Assembly: GCA_031367385.1 (NCBI GenBank)
Contig: JANLPS010000272.1
Location: forward strand, 1-12,984
Source of the DNA: Archangium sp.
GTDB taxonomy: Bacteria > Myxococcota > Myxococcia > Myxococcales > Myxococcaceae
DNA length: 12,984 nt
Reading direction: 5' to 3'
Part shown: positions 7,952-12,984 of the stretch, in pieces
How positions within the stretch are numbered: the first letter of the stretch is position 1
Layout of the letters: the number at the start of each line of letters is the position of its first letter
Notes under the pieces: generated by a model
Seen by the model: only the letters and a program-made list of their open reading frames with translations
What the model was told of the DNA's origin: nothing
The model's database searches: none
Program-made: the position numbers and the translations under genes

Positions 7952-8341
7952 TTAGCTCCCCGGGTACTTCGGGCCGCCCTTCTCGTAGTCGATGAACCGA
8001 GGTACGGGGCCGGTCAGCTTTCGAAATTCGAGCAAGCTCATGCCCGCGGGCGAGAGCACCGCGTTGGTGGAGGTGTCTTTGATGCCTCCCACCTCGAGCG
8101 CGTGCTGACGCCAAGCCTGGAGATCTGCGTCGTACTGCACTTGCGCCTTGGGCCTTTCGGCTGTGTGTCTGTGTAGGTGCGGCTCGTCGGGGACAGGTGT
8201 TTTGATGCGGCCGACGGGTCTCTCGAACTGGTCGCGGTTCAGCGGGGGGCCCGCAGCCGTTGGGTTCTCGAGTCGAACCCCGTCATTGACGACGACACGG
8301 CCCTCGATGGGCACACGGGGAGCTCGGTTGATGAGCGTCAT
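7952..8341 (-). CDS. Hypothetical protein, 129 aa
   Basis: The ORF fills the gap between rlpA and the beta-helix gene. ATG 8341 gives MTLINRAPRVPIEG...; composition is protein-like but I recognise no family. Confidence 0.55.
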   Translation of the reverse strand: MTLINRAPRVPIEGRVVVNDGVRLENPTAAGPPLNRDQFERPVGRIKTPVPDEPHLHRHTAERPKAQVQYDADLQAWRQHALEVGGIKDTSTNAVLSPAGMSLLEFRKLTGPVPRFIDYEKGGPKYPGS

Positions 8342-8379
8342 ATGCGCTTTGACCCCGCCGGGGGCGTGGCGTCCCACTC

Positions 8380-8404
8380 AAAAAGGAGGTGCTTCGAGCC
8401 CCTC
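8380..8404 (-). terminator. Possible intrinsic terminator after the beta-helix gene
   Basis: The minus strand reads GAGG-G-GCT-CGA-AGC-A-CCTC followed by CTTTTT. This is a 7-bp stem with one mismatch, starting 13 nt after the stop codon. Confidence 0.4.
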
Positions 8405-8417
8405 AACACGAACGGGG

Positions 8418-10301
8418 TTACGGCCGGAGGGCTCCCCAGCGGGGCTGGGGGCGGCCTTCGATGACGGCGCCCATGTCTGGGGCGGCCCCAGCATGACCGT
8501 TGGTGATGTTCGGGAGCTCGACCCCCGTGCCTTTCGCGGCGGTGCCGGCTCTGAGGGTCAAAACCGGGTCGGCCGTGAACTCGGTCAGATAGTCGGCGCC
8601 AAGGGTGACCGCGGTGACGAACGGGTCTTGCTCGGCGATGACGTCGTTTTCATGTCGCTTCGTCGACGCGCTGAACAAGGGCACCGTCGCTGGCAACCCC
8701 GCCGCGGCCAACGAGAGGCTGTTGAAGCTGCCTCCGCTCGATGACCACCACACCGCCTTGTCGGGGAACCAGGCGTTGTGGGTGAAGTCGATCGGCGCGT
8801 TGCCAGTCGACTCGATCGCCAGCAAGTTGCCGGCGCCCCGGTAGAGCAGAATGTTGTTTCGGTACGACCACGCTTTGAGCGAGCCATTGTTGAACTGCAC
8901 CCACCCCCACCCCGTCGTGCCCTCGGTGCGAACGATGGTGTTGTTGTAGATGAGGAAGCCGCTGTTGGTGTTGTTGAGCTTGAAGGGGCCGCGAAAGGTG
9001 TTCACCACCACGTTGCGAAATGCGTAAAGCGGGCCACCCCACAGCGGGTCGAGCGACAAGAAGGTGGCGCAGTTGGTGATGCCGTTGTCGTAGAAGCCCA
9101 TGTTGCGAGTGCCGTAGTCGGCCTCGAAGCTGTCATCGCCGGTCATCAAGATGCGGTTGCGGTAGTAGTAGATGGCCGCCGACATCACGCCGTCGTTCAC
9201 CGCGAACGAGTCACCGAACCCGCGCAGCGTATTCTCGAACGCCACGTTGCCCTGCCCCGGCAGCCGAATCGCGTCATCGTTCCACGTCAGGTTCGACTTG
9301 AGAAACGGCTCGGTCCACACGTTGTTGCCGGTCAGCGTGCAGTTGTAGACCATCACCCGGTTCGCGGGGCCGTAGGCGATGATGCCCATGTCGACGCCGG
9401 TGATGTCGAGGTCGCGAAAGACCACGTCTTCTTGAAACGCACCGTCCCAGAAGGCGACGGCCCCAGAGCTCGAGTTGGTGCCCGAATCGGTGCCGGTGCC
9501 CTGCAGCGTCATGCGCTCGAAGATCACGTGCGAGGCGTGCTGCAGCTGAATCACCCGGCCCGCAGCGGCGTGAAGTTTGGTGCCAGCACGCGACTGACCG
9601 CGAATCACGATGGGCTGGCGCTCGGTACCGGCCTTGTCGAGGAACAACCCGCTCACCTCGTAGGTGCCGTCGGCGAGCTCGAGCACCGCGCCCGGCGTCA
9701 GCGCATCGAACTTGGCCTGCAATGCGTCGCCAGGGCTGGCGGTCACCGTGGTCGCGCCCGTCACGGCAGGCAACGCGCGGGTCGACGTGCGTTGAATTTG
9801 CACCTGATTCGGCAGGCCAGGCTGCACCAGCGTCACTTCGACGTCGTAGAGCGTGCCCGGCTGCAGGTCGAAGATGGTGCCCGCGAAGGCGTCGACCGGA
9901 GTCACCGGCGCTCCGCTCGCCACGATCGCCGGGTCGATTCGCAAGAGCGGGTGCGCGACCTGCCACGCCGAGCTGCCCGCGACCTTGGAGCGAACCGTGA
10001 CCTTGCTCTGCGCCGCGACGGCGCCGGTCACGGGCAGGTACAGGCCAATCTGCTCGGGAGTGGCGAGCTCGAAGCGAAAATCGAGCGCCGCGATGGTGCC
10101 GGCGTCGAGCAGCGGGCCTGCGTCGATTGGGCCTGGCATGCCTGCGTCGATGGCCGCCATGCCTGCGTCGGTGACAGCCGTGCCCGAGTCGTTCAGGGCC
10201 ACTCCGCCGTCGGGCCTCGTGCCCGAGTCGGTCTGCGATTCACCCACCAGCCCTGGGCAAGCGGTCACGGCGACGACCAGAAATACACAGAGCGCGCGCA
10301 T
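8418..10301 (-). CDS. Lipoprotein with D-[AGS]-G linker, FN3-like domain and right-handed parallel beta-helix (pectin-lyase-like fold), 627 aa
   Basis: Signal MRALCVFLVVAVTA-C. FN3-like AGTIFDLQPGTLYDVEVTL. Beta-helix cap LQAKFDALTPGAVLELADGTY...GTERQPIVIRG. Asn-ladder repeats (YNCTL, FENTL, YRNRI, YDNGI, FRNVV, YNNTI, YRNNI). C-terminal APDMGA. Confidence 0.85.
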   Translation of the reverse strand: MRALCVFLVVAVTACPGLVGESQTDSGTRPDGGVALNDSGTAVTDAGMAAIDAGMPGPIDAGPLLDAGTIAALDFRFELATPEQIGLYLPVTGAVAAQSKVTVRSKVAGSSAWQVAHPLLRIDPAIVASGAPVTPVDAFAGTIFDLQPGTLYDVEVTLVQPGLPNQVQIQRTSTRALPAVTGATTVTASPGDALQAKFDALTPGAVLELADGTYEVSGLFLDKAGTERQPIVIRGQSRAGTKLHAAAGRVIQLQHASHVIFERMTLQGTGTDSGTNSSSGAVAFWDGAFQEDVVFRDLDITGVDMGIIAYGPANRVMVYNCTLTGNNVWTEPFLKSNLTWNDDAIRLPGQGNVAFENTLRGFGDSFAVNDGVMSAAIYYYRNRILMTGDDSFEADYGTRNMGFYDNGITNCATFLSLDPLWGGPLYAFRNVVVNTFRGPFKLNNTNSGFLIYNNTIVRTEGTTGWGWVQFNNGSLKAWSYRNNILLYRGAGNLLAIESTGNAPIDFTHNAWFPDKAVWWSSSGGSFNSLSLAAAGLPATVPLFSASTKRHENDVIAEQDPFVTAVTLGADYLTEFTADPVLTLRAGTAAKGTGVELPNITNGHAGAAPDMGAVIEGRPQPRWGALRP

Positions 10302-10332
10302 GCGGCCGATGCTACCGGAGTTGGGAGTCGCG

Positions 10333-10348
10333 TGGCACAGTGCGCGCA
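10333..10348 (+). promoter_or_regulatory. Weak candidate sigma54 promoter of the DUF1801 gene
   Basis: TGGCACAGTGCGCGCA has a perfect -24 TGGCAC and GG-N10-GC spacing, but the -12 box is GCGCA instead of TTGCA. Confidence 0.3.
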
Positions 10349-10363
10349 ACTCGAAAGCCGCCC

Positions 10364-10744
10364 ATGAAAAAACAATCGAAAGAGGTGTCTGCGTCAGAGC
10401 TGATCGACGCGAGAATCAAAGAGCTCGGTGACTGGCGTGGCGAGACGCTGTCGCGCCTGCGCGAGCTGATCAAGCAGGCCGACCCCGAGGTCGTCGAAGA
10501 ATGGAAGTGGCGAGGCGTGCCCGTCTGGTCTCACGAGGGCATGATCTGCACCGGCGAGACCTACAAAGAGGTGGTCAAGCTCACCTTCGCCAAAGGCGCC
10601 AAATTGAAGGACCCCAAAGGACTCTTCAACTCGAGCCTCGAGGGCAACACCCGCCGGGCGATCGACGTGCGCGAGGGCGAGAAAATCAACGAGGCCGCAC
10701 TCAAAGCGCTGATTCGGGCCGCCGTGAGCCTCAACGAGGCCTGA
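10364..10744 (+). CDS. DUF1801 (YdhG-like) domain protein, 126 aa
   Basis: Characteristic sequence LGDWRGETLSRLRELIKQADPEVVEEWKWRGVPVWSHEGMICTGETYKEVVKLTFAKGA...DPKGLFNSSLEGNTRRAID. Confidence 0.9.
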   Translation: MKKQSKEVSASELIDARIKELGDWRGETLSRLRELIKQADPEVVEEWKWRGVPVWSHEGMICTGETYKEVVKLTFAKGAKLKDPKGLFNSSLEGNTRRAIDVREGEKINEAALKALIRAAVSLNEA

Positions 10745-10793
10745 CCCCAGAACGAAAGTTGCACACGCCTGGGCGGTGGCGGGTTGCACAGCC

Positions 10794-12824
10794 ATGCGGA
10801 CGGTACTTTTCGGCTTCTTGGCACTGACCGTCGTGATGAGCGGGTGCCTCGACCTCTCTGACGCGCACTACCGGTTCGACTGCCTGAACGGCAGCTGCGA
10901 AGACGGCGGCGAAGGCATCAAGGCCGATGCGGGCCCGAAAGACGCGGGGGTTCGTGACGCGGGCATGGGCCGCGATGGCGGTTGCGCGACGGTGTGTCTG
11001 CCCGCGGGGCCGGTCTGCACCGATCACACGACCCTGCTCACCACCCGCACCCGCAGCTGCTCGGGCACCCAATGCCAATTCGAGCAGACGGCGACCGCCT
11101 GCACCGACCGCTGTGAAAACGGCGCCTGCGTCAACGAGCCCTGCGCCGGAGTCGTGTGCAACATGCCTCCCGCCGCGACCTGCGCCGACGCCCAGACCTT
11201 GATGGTCTTCGCGAGCGGGGGCACCTGCAGCCAAGGCGCCTGCAGCTACGCGACGGTCACCGTGCCCTGCGCCAATGGCTGCGCGAACGGCGCCTGCACC
11301 GGCAACCCCTGCGCGGGCAAGAGCTGCACCTTGCCTCCGGCAAGCGAGTGCATCGGCAGCTCGGTGCGCACGTACCAGTCACCGGGCGTGTGCGACGGCG
11401 TTTCGGGGCAGTGTGCGTACTCGTCGAATGACACCGTCTGCGCCGCGGGCTGCGCGAATGGCGCGTGCCTGAATGACCCCTGCGGCGGCGTGCAATGCCA
11501 AACCCCGCCCGAGCCGGTCTGCACCTCGTCGACCGCGCGGCGGGTCTACGCGTCACCTGGCACCTGTGGTGGCGGCATCTGCGGCTACGCGTCAGCCACC
11601 GAGACCTGCGCCAACGGCAGCGCCTGCGATGCGGGCGTTTGCCTGAACAGCCCGACCTGCACGGCGTCGAACTGCGCCTTCGGGTGCTGCCAAGGCACCA
11701 CCTGCATTCAGTTCTCTGATCAATCGGCCAACGTGTGCGGCAGCGGCGCGGCGACCTGTCAGAGCTGCGGCACCTTCGCCACCTGCTCGGTGGGCCAATG
11801 CGTGTCGACCAACCCCTGTGCGGTGAACAACGGCGGCTGCGACACCAACGCCACCTGTACGCCGACCGGCGGCTCGACGCGCAGCTGCATGTGCAACTCG
11901 GGCTACAGCGGAGACGGGCTCACCTGCAGCAGCCTCGACGGCGGGTCTCCCAAGTGGGTGTTGCGCATGGGGCATCGGGCAGACGCCGGCGTGAGTGTTC
12001 CCAGCCCTCGGCGGGGGTCGGTGATGGCGTACGACGCGCTGAACAACCTCACGCTGGTCTTCGGAGGATGGACCGGCACGGCGAACACCGCGGAGACCTG
12101 GGGGTGGAATGGCAGCTCCTGGGCTTTGCTCGCGACGACCGGGCCCTCAGCGCGCCGCCTGGCGTCGATGGCGTATGACTCGAAACGGGGTCAGTTCGTG
12201 CTCTTCGGTGGCTACGACGACGTGGCGGTCTTCAGCGACACCTGGGTGTGGGCCGGCTCAGCCTGGACGCAAGTGGCAGCCACCGGCCCGGCCCGCTACG
12301 CCGCGGCGATGGTGTATGACGTTGCGCGCGATAACTACGTGCTGGTCGGAGGCAACAGCGCCTCGACCGTCAACGCCACCGACACCGCCGTGTGGAATGG
12401 GACGGTCTGGATCACCCTCGCGGCCACGCCCCTCGGTGGCAACCTATCGCCGCCGTTCACGTACGACCCGTTGCTCGGCAAACCGGTTCTGGTCGGCACC
12501 GATTCTGCTGGCGCCTCGCAGACGTTGAGCTTGTCGAACAGCGTGTGGTCGACCCTCGATGCGGGCCGCGCGCCTGACCGCGTGGGCACGGCCTCCGGGT
12601 TCATCGATGGCCGCTTCGTGGTGTACGGCGGCGAGCTGGTGGGGTTCACCGACGACACCCAGGAGTGGGACGGCAGCGCGTGGAAGACCGTGCTCAGCAA
12701 GGGGCCGACCGCGCGCAAGTGGCCTGCGAGCGCGGTTGATTCAGCCCGAAACCGGCTGGTCATGTTCGGCGGTCTGCTCATCGACGGCGGCGTCACCAAC
12801 GAGACGTGGGAGTACAGCCGGTAG
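10794..12824 (+). CDS. Lipoprotein with Cys-rich tandem repeats, EGF-like domain and C-terminal Kelch-like beta-propeller, 676 aa
   Basis: Signal MRTVLFGFLALTVVMSG-C, then a DAG linker and four 8-Cys repeats. EGF-like CAVNNGGCDTNATC...CMCNSGYSGDGLTC at 11817-11927. Kelch-like blades PSxRR..MAYD....LFGG......TWxW from about 12000 to the end. Confidence 0.9.
   Translation: MRTVLFGFLALTVVMSGCLDLSDAHYRFDCLNGSCEDGGEGIKADAGPKDAGVRDAGMGRDGGCATVCLPAGPVCTDHTTLLTTRTRSCSGTQCQFEQTATACTDRCENGACVNEPCAGVVCNMPPAATCADAQTLMVFASGGTCSQGACSYATVTVPCANGCANGACTGNPCAGKSCTLPPASECIGSSVRTYQSPGVCDGVSGQCAYSSNDTVCAAGCANGACLNDPCGGVQCQTPPEPVCTSSTARRVYASPGTCGGGICGYASATETCANGSACDAGVCLNSPTCTASNCAFGCCQGTTCIQFSDQSANVCGSGAATCQSCGTFATCSVGQCVSTNPCAVNNGGCDTNATCTPTGGSTRSCMCNSGYSGDGLTCSSLDGGSPKWVLRMGHRADAGVSVPSPRRGSVMAYDALNNLTLVFGGWTGTANTAETWGWNGSSWALLATTGPSARRLASMAYDSKRGQFVLFGGYDDVAVFSDTWVWAGSAWTQVAATGPARYAAAMVYDVARDNYVLVGGNSASTVNATDTAVWNGTVWITLAATPLGGNLSPPFTYDPLLGKPVLVGTDSAGASQTLSLSNSVWSTLDAGRAPDRVGTASGFIDGRFVVYGGELVGFTDDTQEWDGSAWKTVLSKGPTARKWPASAVDSARNRLVMFGGLLIDGGVTNETWEYSR
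10983..11642 (+). repeat. Four tandem 8-Cys protein repeats of about 53-57 aa
   Basis: First-Cys codons at 10983, 11142, 11310 and 11481. Pattern is about C-x4-C-x7-C-x14-C-x4-C-x8-C-x3-C-x4-C, with recurring PP, G.C, C.Y and NGAC. Confidence 0.9.
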
Positions 12825-12983
12825 TCACCAGGCCCAGACTTTTCGGCCCGCATAGTCGAGGAAGGTACCGGTGTTCTTCGCTGAGAGCCCCTCGAGCTGC
12901 TTCAAGATGCCGCTGGCCGAGGTGGCGACGTCGATGTGAGCGCCCTGCCCGCCCATGTCGGTCTTCACCCAGCCCGGGTTGAT
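12825..12983 (-). CDS. Short-chain dehydrogenase/reductase, CsgA (C-factor)-like subgroup, C-terminal fragment (5' end outside window)
   Basis: Not in the supplied ORF track. The minus strand translates as INPGWVKTDMGGQGAHIDVATSASGILKQLEGLSAKNTGTFLDYAGRKVWAW*. PGWVxTDMGG and GxFxDYxG..xW are typical of this SDR subgroup. Confidence 0.88.
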   Translation of the reverse strand: MNPGWVKTDMGGQGAHIDVATSASGILKQLEGLSAKNTGTFLDYAGRKVWAW

Positions 12984-12984
12984 C

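Noticed and set aside
8383..8390. Perfect SD-like AAGGAGGT on the plus strand
   Set aside because: No start codon at a suitable distance. It is better explained as the complement of the minus-strand terminator.
10287..10349. Apparent duplicated N-terminus (RALC twice) in the 643-aa ORF call
   Set aside because: Only four codons with different DNA sequence. The upstream copy overlaps the divergent promoter region and is probably chance.
8778..10367. 529-aa plus-strand ORF, and other long antisense ORFs (1229-2263, 2184-3272, 4579-5481, 6049-7134)
   Set aside because: They lie antisense to well-supported genes, have Arg/Ala/Gly/Val-rich shadow composition and show no recognisable motifs. Such ORFs are expected in high-GC DNA.
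10794..12824. About ten N-x-S/T sequons suggesting N-glycosylation
   Set aside because: The protein is rich in Asn, Ser and Thr, so the count is not clearly above expectation, and no glycosylation genes are in the window.
1..12984. Mobile element, CRISPR array, retron or other defence system
   Set aside because: I saw no transposase, integrase, reverse transcriptase, nuclease, terminal repeats or regularly spaced DNA repeats. The only tandem repeats are protein-coding.

Overview
High-GC bacterial DNA, probably from a myxobacterium (Myxococcota). That assignment is inferred from lipoproteins with D-[AGS]-G linkers, Cys-rich repeats and a CsgA-like SDR. In order, the window holds: a 5'-truncated membrane protein; a coupled pair of a His-rich Spy/CpxP-like exported protein and a small Tyr/Gly-rich lipoprotein; a large-subunit catalase (katE) with a candidate sigma54 promoter; a structured 100-nt region ending in a terminator; a 957-aa multi-domain lipoprotein; a degraded cysK 3' fragment coupled to an RlpA-like lipoprotein; a 129-aa hypothetical protein; a beta-helix lipoprotein; a DUF1801 protein; a Cys-repeat/EGF/Kelch lipoprotein; and the 3' end of a CsgA-like SDR. 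I saw no mobile element, CRISPR array, rRNA or tRNA, and no clear-cut new multi-gene system. The best leads are a Cys at the catalase crosslink position, alternative terminator/antiterminator pairing after katE, the cysK remnant marking a rearrangement, D-[AGS]-G motifs in the exported lipoproteins, and promoter-like elements directly abutting start codons that lack a Shine-Dalgarno (SD) sequence. All family assignments come from motif recognition by eye, not from database searches.
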